From: an uncultured Thermoleophilia bacterium
GTDB taxonomy: Bacteria > Actinomycetota > Thermoleophilia > UBA2241
DNA length: 64,000 nucleotides
Assembly (NCBI GenBank): GCA_963702475.1
Contig: CAVPCT010000002.1
Span: forward strand, 32,001 to 96,000
Reading direction: 5' to 3'
Of the stretch, positions 1-9,513 are shown piece after piece. The stretch's first letter is position 1, and each line of letters opens with the position of its first letter. The translations under genes were made by a program, and so were the position numbers. Below the pieces are notes generated by a model, which searched no databases, was not told where the DNA came from, and saw only the letters and a program-made list of their open reading frames with translations.

Positions 1-1107
1 CATGGCGCCGTCGCGCGAGAACGCGTAGACCATGCGCGAGTTGGCGGTGATCGACGACATGCCGCAGAAGAACTGCGCCACGATGACGACCAGGATCAGC
101 ATCAGCCCGATGGTGCGTCCGGTGGCGTACTCGAAGATCGTCGCCCATGGCACACCCACGGCGATGTCGGCGTAGCTGGCGTATTCGACGCCGCCGATGG
201 TGACGGGGTAGGTGTGCGGGATGGCGTAGCTGACGGCAATCAGAAGGATGAAGCCTGCGACCATGGAGATCCAGATGGAGTTGACGATGCCCTTCGGCGC
301 GGAGATGCGTGCCTGGATCGTCTCCTCGGAGACGTGGGCAGACGCGTCATACCCGGTGAACGTGTACTGCGCGTTGAGGAGCCCGATCAGGAAGACATAG
401 AAGGGGATCGCGAATCCTGAGAGGCCCTCGAAGGCCTGCCAACCCTCACTTCCGAAGAGGAAGCTCACCGTCTGGTGGCTGCCAGACTCCGGCGCCCAGA
501 AGAGCAGGATGAAGATGAGAGCGACGCCGACCAGGTGCCAGTACACGGATACGTCGTTGAGCAGGGCCACGAGGCGCACGCTGAATGTGTTCAGCAGGCC
601 TTGGATGAACAGGACGACGGCGAGGATGATGATCGCGTAGACCCTCTCGTCCAGCCAGTAGGAATCGCCGGTCAGGATGGCGAGGAAGGCCGCGATCGAG
701 AAGGCGCAGCCGAAGCTGATGCCGGCGGTGACGGCGACCTGGCCCAGGAGGTTGAACCAGCCGGTGAACCAGGACCAGATCGGTCCGCTCTTGCCGGGGG
801 CCAGCTTGGCCGACCAGTAGTACAGGCCGCCGGCAGTCGGGAAGGCGGAGCAGATCTCACCGAGGGACATGCCGGCGAAGATCACCAGAGTGCCCACAAG
901 CAGCCAGCCCCAGAGCATGACGGGCGGGCCGCCGTGGGTGAGGCCGTACCCGTAGAGCGTGAGGCAGCCCGACAGGATGGAGATGATTGTGAAGGACACG
1001 GCGAAGTTCGAGAACTTGCTCATGCTTCGGTTGAGCTCCTGCGCGTACCCCATCGCGTGCAGGTCGGCCACGTCCTGATCGTGCTGCTGGGTTTGTTGTT
1101 CTGCCAT
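1..1107 (-). CDS. APC-superfamily amino acid/amine permease (ACT/GABA-choline permease-like); runs off the window edge
   Basis: Not in the ORF track. Read manually from the ATG at 1107: MAEQQTQQHDQDVADLHAMGYAQELNRSMSKFSNFAVSFTIISILSG...EICSAFPTAGGLYYW...FTGYDASAHVSEET, which are ACT-family motifs. Confidence 0.9.
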   Translation of the reverse strand, partial: MAEQQTQQHDQDVADLHAMGYAQELNRSMSKFSNFAVSFTIISILSGCLTLYGYGLTHGGPPVMLWGWLLVGTLVIFAGMSLGEICSAFPTAGGLYYWSAKLAPGKSGPIWSWFTGWFNLLGQVAVTAGISFGCAFSIAAFLAILTGDSYWLDERVYAIIILAVVLFIQGLLNTFSVRLVALLNDVSVYWHLVGVALIFILLFWAPESGSHQTVSFLFGSEGWQAFEGLSGFAIPFYVFLIGLLNAQYTFTGYDASAHVSEETIQARISAPKGIVNSIWISMVAGFILLIAVSYAIPHTYPVTIGGVEYASYADIAVGVPWATIFEYATGRTIGLMLILVVIVAQFFCGMSSITANSRMVYAFSRDGAM

Positions 1108-1211
1108 AGGACCCCCCTGTTCGAACCTCGTCTTGCCACGACTACGTTTCGTGCATATAGCCTGCTCGTACCGTCCGCTGTCAATGGGTCGTGCGCGCGT
1201 GCTGATCCATG

Positions 1212-1221
1212 GTGTGCGAGT
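1212..1221. promoter_or_regulatory. GTGTGCGAGT box upstream of the permease; minus-strand TTGACA at 1179-1184
   Basis: The same 10-mer recurs at 4691-4700 and 15033-15042. Confidence 0.45.
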
Positions 1222-1255
1222 CTGAGAGAAAAGGGCTGGTTGTGGGACAAGCGCA

Positions 1256-1298
1256 GGCGCGGACCGGGGGCCGGCAGAGCCGGCCCCCGGTCCGCGCC
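1256..1298 (-). terminator. GC-rich hairpin (20-bp stem) downstream of the transketolase
   Basis: GGCGCGGACCGGGGGCCGGC-AGA-GCCGGCCCCCGGTCCGCGCC; no clear U-tract. Confidence 0.55.
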
Positions 1299-1320
1299 GC
1301 CGTGCTTCGTCAGGCGTGAC

Positions 1321-3687
1321 TCAGGAGCGTGGCCGCGAGGCGGCGTACCGCACGATGGCCTCAGCCTGCGACGCGCCGTCGAGGCCGGCCTCGGCGAGCA
1401 CCGCCTCGCCCTGGCCGCTGCCCAGGTAGTGGCCGTGTGCGTACGGGTGCAGCGTCGCGCTGCGCCCTTCCGGAGATGTGATCCAGCGCATCATGGTCGG
1501 CAGGGTGAAGCCGGTGATGCCCATGGCCTCGCGCGCGTGTGCGTCGGGGAACAGGGCCGCCTGCTCCGCGGGGCTCAGGGAGTCGAAGAGCTCGGCGCTC
1601 GCGACGTAGTAGACACGAGCGTCGACGCCGTGCGCGGCGAGCAGCGGCAGACCCTCCTCCACGAGAGCGTAGGCGACGGCGCTCTCCTGCACCACGACGG
1701 TGACATCCGCCTCACCCTCGGGTGCGCGCAGCAGGTAGACGCCGGTCACCGCCGCCTCCGCAGGAGCCAGGCCCAGTCCCGGCCTGTCGAGGACGGTCTC
1801 GCTGGGGCGGGTCACGAACGGCGCGATCACCGCGGGGCGCCGCGCCAGCGCCGTCGCGAGCAGCGGCCACACTTCCTGAGGTTCCCAGGGTGTGAGGGTG
1901 ACGGACGTGCCCTTCGGGAAGTCCTCCTGCAGCAGCTGCAGCGCCTGCGGGTCGGCGTGGGTGGGGCCGTCCTCGCCGGTCTTGAGGCCGGCGTGGGCGC
2001 ACACCAGGACCATCGGCTTGTACGGCTCGCCGCTCACGCTGCGGCGCGCCTGAGCGCCGATGCAGTGCAGGCGCGCGGCGATGTGACCGAGCGGCGCCAT
2101 GAAAGCGCCGTAGGAGCTGCCTACGCCGATGGCATGCCCGAAGGTCGAGATGCCGGAGAGTGTGCCGGCGATGGCGTCCTCGCAGATGCCGCCGACGGAG
2201 AGCAGGCGAGCGTCCGGGTTCGTGACGGCGTTGAAGAAGCCGGGCGCGAAATCGGCGGCGACGTTGCTGACGCTCGTGGAACCGTACAGGTCGGCCGAGG
2301 CTGTGAGCACGGCGCCCCCGGACGCCGTGTTCAGGTAGCGCAGGGCCTCGCCCAAGGCGCCGCGGATGGTGGTGGATGAGCCCGGCACGAGGCGAAGCTG
2401 GTCCGGGACGCGCGCCTGCTCTTGCGCGGCGACCTCGCAGACAGCCTCGACGCGCGGCGCGCCGGCACGGGGAGCGCGAGCGCGACGCTCCAGGCGCTCG
2501 CCGGCGGCGCGCAGGCGTTCGGCCAAGGCCGCCGCCACGTCGTGCTCCTGCTCCAGCCGCGCCCTGACGGCCTCGAGCGCGGCCCAGAAGCACTTCTCGC
2601 GCTCCGCCGGGCCGTCCGGACCCGTGCAGCGCGGGTCGGCCGGGTCGCACGTGGGCAGCACGTCCTGTGCGCCTCCGGTGAGCTCGGCCAGGGCCTCGTA
2701 GTAGCCGGGCGCGCAGAGCTTGTGCCCGGCGCCGTGCGAGGCCTTGCCCTCCACGCCGTACTTCCAGCCCTTCAGCGTGCGGTAGACGATGGCCGTGGGC
2801 TGGCCGTTGTCCAGCTCCGCCGCGCGGCGCTGGGCCGCGACGACCTGGCGGTGGTCGCGGCCGTCGGCCACCTCGATCACGTTCCAGTCGTGCAGGTAGA
2901 ACAGCTCGGCCGGCGTCCACTGCACGTACTCTCCGGGCTGATCGCCCTCGCGGCAGACCCGGTTGCTGTCGATGGAAGCCTGGTTGAAGTCCACGTGCAT
3001 GACGACGTTGCCGAGGGATGCGGTGCCGGCCGCGGCCAGCGCCTCTGCCACGCGGCCGGGGGTGAGCCCGCCTTCGCCCTCGACGATGTGCACGCGGGGC
3101 GCGTTCGCGCCGTAGCGGTCGCGCGCCCCGATGGCGAGGCCGATGGAGCTGGCCACGCCCACGCCGGAGGCGCCGGTGGACAGCTTGACGAACGGCGTCG
3201 CCGGCGTCGGGTGCCCGTCGAGCGCCTTGGCGTCGAACAGCCGGAAGAGCGGCGTCGACGTGACCGGGTTGCGGCGGAATCCGAGCAGGTCCTCCAGGCG
3301 CAGCCTGCGGGCGTCGTCCGCCGGCAGCAGGTCCGGCGCGCCCACACGGGCCACCTCGTCCCGCAGAGCCCAGAGCGCGTAGAGGCCCATGGCCTTGTGG
3401 CCGGCCGCGTAGCTGACGATGTCGGCGTCCTGCCTGTCCGGGTCGTCGAGTCTGTAGTCTGCGGCGTCGAAGAGGACGGCCTCCACGAAACGGCCAGACG
3501 AGATGGAGCCGCCCGGGTGACCGGACGTGGGCACGTAGTTGAAGAGGATGCCGCAGAGGGAGCGGTACAGCAGGTCGAAGGTCTCGAACTGGGCGACCTC
3601 CGTTTCGTCCAGCGGCGCCTGCGCCGTTGCCAGTGCGGCGTCGACGGAGAGGTGGACGGCGCGCCTGGGGCCGAAAGACATCGTCAC
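1321..3687 (-). CDS. tkt: Transketolase-family TPP enzyme (long, single-chain form)
   Basis: SGHPGG, AGHK, LDGHPT, EGEGG TPP-binding region, GEDGPTH motif; GTG start with AGGAG RBS. Confidence 0.8.
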   Translation of the reverse strand: MTMSFGPRRAVHLSVDAALATAQAPLDETEVAQFETFDLLYRSLCGILFNYVPTSGHPGGSISSGRFVEAVLFDAADYRLDDPDRQDADIVSYAAGHKAMGLYALWALRDEVARVGAPDLLPADDARRLRLEDLLGFRRNPVTSTPLFRLFDAKALDGHPTPATPFVKLSTGASGVGVASSIGLAIGARDRYGANAPRVHIVEGEGGLTPGRVAEALAAAGTASLGNVVMHVDFNQASIDSNRVCREGDQPGEYVQWTPAELFYLHDWNVIEVADGRDHRQVVAAQRRAAELDNGQPTAIVYRTLKGWKYGVEGKASHGAGHKLCAPGYYEALAELTGGAQDVLPTCDPADPRCTGPDGPAEREKCFWAALEAVRARLEQEHDVAAALAERLRAAGERLERRARAPRAGAPRVEAVCEVAAQEQARVPDQLRLVPGSSTTIRGALGEALRYLNTASGGAVLTASADLYGSTSVSNVAADFAPGFFNAVTNPDARLLSVGGICEDAIAGTLSGISTFGHAIGVGSSYGAFMAPLGHIAARLHCIGAQARRSVSGEPYKPMVLVCAHAGLKTGEDGPTHADPQALQLLQEDFPKGTSVTLTPWEPQEVWPLLATALARRPAVIAPFVTRPSETVLDRPGLGLAPAEAAVTGVYLLRAPEGEADVTVVVQESAVAYALVEEGLPLLAAHGVDARVYYVASAELFDSLSPAEQAALFPDAHAREAMGITGFTLPTMMRWITSPEGRSATLHPYAHGHYLGSGQGEAVLAEAGLDGASQAEAIVRYAASRPRS

Positions 3688-3997
3688 GGGACCCACTCCT
3701 TCCATGCGGTTCGCGGGGCGGCGGTCGAGGGCGAGCACCCCCCTCGACGGTGCCCGTCACCGGCATTGTATCGACACGCGCTCGCGCGTTTCCCTCGCAG
3801 CGTGTGGCGAAACGTACCGGCCGCAGGTCCCCGCTGCGCCAGAATGAAGCGGCGGCCGAGGCTGCGAGCGGGCAGGTGGAGCCGGATCACGGAGCGAAGT
3901 CGGGGCGGGGGCGCTCTGCGGGCGCGCCCCGCCCCTGGGCGGAACGCTTCTCCGGCCGGCCCCTCGCGGCCGGCCCCTCAGGGGCTTCCCGGGACGC

Positions 3998-4630
3998 TCA
4001 GACGCCGAGCAGCTCGTCGATCTTCTTGACGCCGTCGGAGGCGTCCTCGGCGTAGGCGTCGGCGCCGATCTGGTCGGCCCAGCGCTGCGTCGCGGGGGCG
4101 CCGCCGACGACGCACTTGTAGGCGAGGCCCTCCTCGCGCACGCGCTTGATGACCTTCTTCTGCTCCTCCATCGTGGTGGTGAGCAGGGCGCTCATGCCGA
4201 TCACGTTCGCGCCGACCTCGGCGGCCTTGGTGAGGAAGGCGTCGGCGGGCACGTCGCGGCCGAGGTCGTGGACCTCGTAGCCGTTGGCCTTCAGGTAGGC
4301 GATGACGATGGCCTTGCCGATGTCGTGCACGTCGCCCTGCACGGTGCCGATCACGATCACGCCCTTGGCCGCGGCGGCCTCGCCCTCGAGGGCGGCGTTG
4401 GTGACCTCGGTGGCCCCGGCCATGGCGTCGGCGCTCATCATCAGCTCGGGGAGGAAGACCTCGCCGCTCTCGAAGAGCTCGCCGACCTCCTGGATACCCT
4501 TGACGAAGCCGTTCTGCATGATGTCGGCGGGCGCGAGGCCCTGCCCGAGGGCGCGCTTCGCGACCTCCTCGGCGGCGGCGCGGTCGGCGTCGACGATGGT
4601 CTGGGCTGCTTCTTCGTAGATGGTGGCCAT
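3998..4630 (-). CDS. Methyltransferase cognate corrinoid protein (MtbC/MtmC-like)
   Basis: B12 cap domain (FLPELMMSA), GTVQGDVHDIGK (DxHxxG), SALLTTT, VGGA; ATG at 4630 with GGAG RBS. Confidence 0.92.
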   Translation of the reverse strand: MATIYEEAAQTIVDADRAAAEEVAKRALGQGLAPADIMQNGFVKGIQEVGELFESGEVFLPELMMSADAMAGATEVTNAALEGEAAAAKGVIVIGTVQGDVHDIGKAIVIAYLKANGYEVHDLGRDVPADAFLTKAAEVGANVIGMSALLTTTMEEQKKVIKRVREEGLAYKCVVGGAPATQRWADQIGADAYAEDASDGVKKIDELLGV

Positions 4631-4690
4631 GCGTGGGGCTCCTTCCTCTCTACCCGCCGGTGTCGGTTTGGCGTAGAGTCGGGTCGACGT

Positions 4691-4771
4691 GTGTGCGAGT
4701 GCAAAAGTAGCACGTTCGCGAACGTTATCAAACACACTCGCACTTGACGTCACGCGTGTCGTGCCTATGAT
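4691..4771. promoter_or_regulatory. Divergent promoter with inverted GTGCGAGT boxes around a 14-bp palindrome; TTGACG-N16-TATGAT on the + strand
   Basis: GTGTGCGAGT 4691-4700, ACGTTCGCGAACGT 4712-4725, ACTCGCAC 4736-4743, TTGACG 4744-4749, TATGAT 4766-4771. Confidence 0.55.
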
Positions 4772-4997
4772 GGGCTTTGTTTCTGTTCGATTCTGCCAAT
4801 CTGGGGAGAAGCGTAGGGGCAGTGTCCGGACCAGTCTCATCGTGTGGGCCACGTCCATCCGCCTCGGCGTCCCCCGCTCGCGCCCTCTTCTTCGGCGACA
4901 CCCGCCGCCGGCTGCTCAGCCGTGTGCCGGCGGCGGTCCTGAACCGGTCCAGACGACCGATGCCCGTTCACTGCGACTCTTCGAAAGGAGGCTTGGT

Positions 4998-5945
4998 GTG
5001 AGCACACGCTTGTTCTTCGCCACGGACGTGCACGGGTCTGAGGTCTGCTGGCGCAAGTTCATCAATTCCGGCCCGCACTATGGCGCCAACATCCTGATCC
5101 TCGGTGGCGACATGACCGGCAAGGCGGTGGTGCCGATCATCGACCAGGGGTCGGGCCGCTACTACTACCACATGCAGGACGTGCGTCACGAGTTCGAAGG
5201 GCAGGAGGCCCTGGCCAAGGAGACCCGCGCCATCCGCGACCACGGCTACTACGCGGTGACGATGACCGCCGATGAGCGCGACGAGTACACGCGCGACCAG
5301 GACAAGTTCGACGAACTGTTCCATGCGCAGATGCGCAGCACCGTGGCCGACTGGGTCGAGTGGGCCGACGCCAAGCTCGCCGGCTCGGGCCTGCAGTGCA
5401 TCGTCTGCCCCGGCAACGACGACCGCCACGACATCGACGGCATCCTCGCGCAGTCGCAGCTCATCCAGGTCGGGGAGGGCAACGTCCTCGACCTGCCCGA
5501 CGGCTATCAGCTGGCCTCGAGCGGCTGGACGAACCTCACGCCATGGGACACGCCGCGCGAGGAGGACGAGCCCGAGCTCAAGAAGCGCATCGACGCCATC
5601 GTCGCGCAGGCGACCGTGTCGCCGGACCGACTTGTCCTTGGGCTGCACTGCCCGCCCTACGACACCAACCTCGACGTCGCGCCCAAGATCGACTGGGACA
5701 CCCTGACGGTCAAGGGGCAGGACACGGCGCACGTCGGATCGAGCGCGGTCAAGGAGGTCATCAAGGAGGTCCAGCCGGTCCTGTCGCTGCATGGGCACAT
5801 CCACGAGAGCCGCGCCGCGGAGCGCATCGGCCGCACGCTGGCCATCAATCCGGGCAGCTCCTACGTTGAGGGGACGCTCTCGGGCGTCGTCGTCGAGCTC
5901 GACGGCAAGAGCAAGGTCAAGAACTACCGGCTGACCATGGGGTGA
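4998..5945 (+). CDS. Calcineurin-like metallophosphoesterase (Icc-related)
   Basis: TDVHG, GGDMTG, PGNDD, HCPP and HGHIHE motifs; GTG start after AAGGAGG. Confidence 0.88.
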   Translation: MSTRLFFATDVHGSEVCWRKFINSGPHYGANILILGGDMTGKAVVPIIDQGSGRYYYHMQDVRHEFEGQEALAKETRAIRDHGYYAVTMTADERDEYTRDQDKFDELFHAQMRSTVADWVEWADAKLAGSGLQCIVCPGNDDRHDIDGILAQSQLIQVGEGNVLDLPDGYQLASSGWTNLTPWDTPREEDEPELKKRIDAIVAQATVSPDRLVLGLHCPPYDTNLDVAPKIDWDTLTVKGQDTAHVGSSAVKEVIKEVQPVLSLHGHIHESRAAERIGRTLAINPGSSYVEGTLSGVVVELDGKSKVKNYRLTMG

Positions 5946-6019
5946 ACACGCGCAGGCGTGATACTGGGGGTGCCGGCGGCGCGCCGTCGGCCGCTTAAGA
6001 GACTCAGGAGGCGTAGTCT

Positions 6020-7771
6020 ATGGCAAGTTCATCAACTCCCGCGCCGGAGCAGACGCTCTTCGTACGCAAGGCGAGCGGCCTCGTCAAGGGGTGGTCTGGC
6101 GGGGACGGGTTCCGCTACTCGTTCATGTCCGTCAACCTCTTCCTGGCGATCTGGTCGTTCTCCTATGCGACGTTCATCCCGGGCGGCAGCATGTTCTGGG
6201 CGATCGTCATCGCGGCGATCTTCATCGCCCTCGAGATCCTCGTGTACGCCGGCCTGATCTCGGCCATGCCGCGCGCCGGTGGCGACTACGTGTGGCAGAC
6301 ACGTATCTTCCACAGCGCCGTCGGCTTCGTGGTCGCGGCGGTGGGCTGGTGGTTCATCCTCTGGCTCTGGACCCCCATCTACGCCGACATGGGCGTCCAG
6401 ACCACGGTGAAGCCCATCTTCCGCATCCTCGGCCTCAACGGCGCGGCGGACTGGATGACCAGCCGTACCGGCATCTTCATCAGCGCCCTGGTGGTCATCG
6501 CGATCGCCTCGACGCTCGTGGCCATCGGCATGAAGAGCTACGCCGTCTTCCAGAAGTGGGCGCTCTGGATCGGCATCGCCGGCGTCATCGTGTGCGGGAT
6601 CCTGCTGCTCGTGACCTCGGGCGACTCCTTCAAGGAGAAGTTCAACGAGGCCGCCAACAAGTACTACGGCGACGCCGGCACGCTCAATCTCCAGGCGTAC
6701 AAGACGGACGAGGCCGGCTACTTCGTCTACGAGGACATCTACGTCGTGCCCGAGGAGGGTGCGACCTATCCCGACGCGTTCACGGCGGTCGAGGAAGTCG
6801 GCAAGGGTACCGGCATGCCCACCTCGACGTTCGCCGGTGGTTTCAGCTGGGCCACCTGGACACTCATCCCGTTCATGCTGTTCTGGATCGCCTGGCCGAA
6901 CTGGGGGGCGACGCTCTACGGTGAGGTCCGAGGGGCCAAGGACTACCGCAAGAACATCTACCAGATGCTCGGCGGGCTCTTCGTGCCCACGGCCATCGTC
7001 CTCAGCTTCCTCGGGCTGATGACGTGGAAGGTAGGCTACCAGGCGTTCATGGGGATGATGGCCTCGTTCTGGTACTACGCGACGACGGGCTCGAACCTCT
7101 CGCCGCTCGGTGGCGACTACGTCTCGCCGACGGCGATGATCTCGTGGATCGTGCCCAACGCGGCCTTCCAGGTCATCCTCATCGCGGCCGTCTCGCTGCT
7201 GCTCTTCGGCTGGTTCGGCACCCTGTTCCTCTCGTCGACGCGCATGATCTTCGCCGCGGCCTTCGACCGCATCCTGCCTGAGGGGGCCGCACGGGTGACG
7301 TCGGGCGGCGTGCCGGTCGTCGCGCTGCTCCTCATGACGATCCCGTCCATCATCGTGGCAGCGCTCTATGCGTACACGCCGACCGATGCGACCACGGGCT
7401 ACACGATCGTCAAAGTGTTCACGCTGGATGCCACGTTCGGCATCATCATCATGTTCATGTTCTCGGGGCTCGCCTTCATGGTCATGAAGTGGCGAGCCAG
7501 GAGCATCTGGGACAGCTCGTCGCTGCCAAAGAGTGGTCTCGCCGGCATACCTTGGATGTCGGTGATAGCCGCCATCTACAGCGCGTTCCTGGTGTTCAAC
7601 ATCTACCTGTACGCCACAGACGCCATCTACGGAGTGAACAACCGGCAGTCCTTCATCTTCATGGGCGTCCTCTACGCGTCGGCCATCGTCATCTGGGTCG
7701 TCATGTACTTCGTCCGCAAGGGCCAGGGCATGGCGCTCGAGGCGGTCGCCAAGGAGATCCCGGTCGAGTAA
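6020..7771 (+). CDS. APC-family permease (amine/amino acid transporter)
   Basis: FVRKASGLVK N-terminus, AMPRAGGDYVW, about 12 hydrophobic segments, EIPVE C-terminus. Confidence 0.85.
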   Translation: MASSSTPAPEQTLFVRKASGLVKGWSGGDGFRYSFMSVNLFLAIWSFSYATFIPGGSMFWAIVIAAIFIALEILVYAGLISAMPRAGGDYVWQTRIFHSAVGFVVAAVGWWFILWLWTPIYADMGVQTTVKPIFRILGLNGAADWMTSRTGIFISALVVIAIASTLVAIGMKSYAVFQKWALWIGIAGVIVCGILLLVTSGDSFKEKFNEAANKYYGDAGTLNLQAYKTDEAGYFVYEDIYVVPEEGATYPDAFTAVEEVGKGTGMPTSTFAGGFSWATWTLIPFMLFWIAWPNWGATLYGEVRGAKDYRKNIYQMLGGLFVPTAIVLSFLGLMTWKVGYQAFMGMMASFWYYATTGSNLSPLGGDYVSPTAMISWIVPNAAFQVILIAAVSLLLFGWFGTLFLSSTRMIFAAAFDRILPEGAARVTSGGVPVVALLLMTIPSIIVAALYAYTPTDATTGYTIVKVFTLDATFGIIIMFMFSGLAFMVMKWRARSIWDSSSLPKSGLAGIPWMSVIAAIYSAFLVFNIYLYATDAIYGVNNRQSFIFMGVLYASAIVIWVVMYFVRKGQGMALEAVAKEIPVE

Positions 7772-7976
7772 GCCGCGAAGCGGCGAAGCCACTGAGCGAC
7801 TGTGGGCTGAAACTCGAACGACGCAGACGAAGACGCAGGCGCGGGCGGCGGCCCGGTGATCCTTCCGGGCCGCCGCCGTCCCTGACGGGGAGGCGCCCAC
7901 AAGCGGGCGTTCCCCGGAGGGTCCCCACGCCGGGGGCGCCGGGCGTGAAACGACGGCAGAGGGAGGCCGTACCTTA

Positions 7977-9377
7977 ATGAAGGTCCTCACCAGAATGGGC
8001 GACAGCTCCAACGTCGAGCTGACGATGGACGAGCTTCGCCAGGAGTTCATCGCCGGCTCCGAGCTCGCCGCCACGAAGGCCAAGATCCCGGCGCTCACCG
8101 AGAACGAGATCGACTTCCTGGTCGACATGTTCGCGGCGCCGACGCGTATCTGGGGCGTGCAGCGCGGCCACGAGGTCGTCATGACCAAGGATGGCTGCGT
8201 CAACGCCCTCAACTCCTCGCGCATGTCGAGCGGCGTCACCGCGCCGGTCAACCGCGAGGTGGGCGTGCGCCTCTTCGAGTCGATGCTCGGCTTCGACTCC
8301 ATGGAGGTGGCGCACAACGACTACTCCGTGAAGCCGCAGCGCTTCCTCAAGGCGCTGGAGCAGCTCCACATGGAGATCCTCCAGGAAGTCACCATCTTCC
8401 CGCTGTTCTACGGCTTCATGCCCAACCTGGGCCTGTACTACCGGCCCGACGGCTCGTTCGAGAACCCGTCGGACCTCATGCCGATCGGCAAGATCCCGGA
8501 GGCGCGCCGCACGCAGGAAGAAGCGCTCGAGAAGTGCATGGAAGACTGCATCGAGATGAGCGACTGCATGCTCGAGATGGGCGCCGACGGCATCGACTAC
8601 GACACCACCGCGTCCACCGGTGACGCCGAGTTCCTGGCCGTGCTCAAGACCACCGAGCACGTGGCCGGCGAGACGGGCCTCCCCGTCGAGGTCGGCATGT
8701 CGGCCGAGATGGTGCTGGGCTTCCACGGCCAGCTCGAGTACAACGGCAAGCGCCTCGCCGGCATGTGGCCGCACCAGCAGCTGCAGGTGTGCGAAGAGGC
8801 CGGCGTGGCGATCTTCGGCCCGGTCTGCAACACCAACACCAAGAAGACCGTGCCGTGGAACCTGGGTCGCGCCCTCACCTTCGTCAAGGCGTGCACCGAC
8901 ATCGCCAAGATCCCGGTGCACCCCAACGTGGGCATGGGCGTGGGCGGCGTGCCGATGTTCGAGACCCCGGCCGTGGACGTCGTGACGCGCTGCAGCGCGG
9001 CCATGATCGAGATCGGGCACGCCGACGGGTTGTAGGTCGGTACGGGTGACCCGGCCGGCATGCACATGGCGCATCTGCTGGCCTCGTCGATGGGCGGTAT
9101 CCGCGCAGCCGGAGATCTGGTTGCCCGCATGCAGCTCCAGAAGATGAGGATCGACGACGCCAAGAAGTACGTGGCCGACAAGCTCCACGTGACGCCGCTC
9201 GACCTGTCCGATCCCACCGTCATGCGAGCTCTCAGGGAAGAGCTCGACATCGGTGTGGTCACGGGCGTCCCCGGCATCGCCAAGGGCATGGCCGCCAAGT
9301 GCCGTATCGCCGAGTTGCTCGACATCAAGATCAACTCGGTGGAGCAGTTCAAGAAGAAGACCGGTCTGCACCTCTGA
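7977..9377 (+). CDS. mtbB: Dimethylamine:corrinoid methyltransferase, 466 aa, with in-frame amber codon 353 (TAG at 9033-9035) predicted as pyrrolysine
   Basis: Track ORFs 7977-9035 and 9060-9377 are in the same frame. Read-through gives ...[40 protein letters not shown]...LREELDIG...AKGMAAK...LLDIKINS, matching remembered Methanosarcina MtbB (GVDGI-O-IGVGDP...AAGDLVARM). Confidence 0.92.
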
Positions 9378-9437
9378 GCCGGCGGCTGACGGCCGCGGCG
9401 CCTGGCGCCGCGGCCGCCCGGCTCCTGCGGACCGCAC

Positions 9438-9474
9438 AACGGGCCCCGGTCGCCTACGGCGACCGGGGCCCGTT
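9438..9474. terminator. Hairpin (17-bp stem) between convergent mtbB and kinase genes
   Basis: AACGGGCCCCGGTCGCC-TAC-GGCGACCGGGGCCCGTT. Confidence 0.65.
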
Positions 9475-9513
9475 CACGTGCCACGCGTGGCGCTCAGTCG
9501 CGCACGGCGAGGC

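Noticed and set aside
9053-9083. Possible PYLIS-like hairpin 17 nt after the mtbB amber codon (GGCCGGCA...TGCTGGCC)
   Set aside because: Such stems are common in GC-rich DNA, and Pyl insertion does not require a PYLIS element. It cannot be supported without covariation.
9060-9377. Independent 105-aa gene as given by the ORF track
   Set aside because: It is in frame with the upstream ORF, has no RBS, and corresponds to the MtbB C-terminus.
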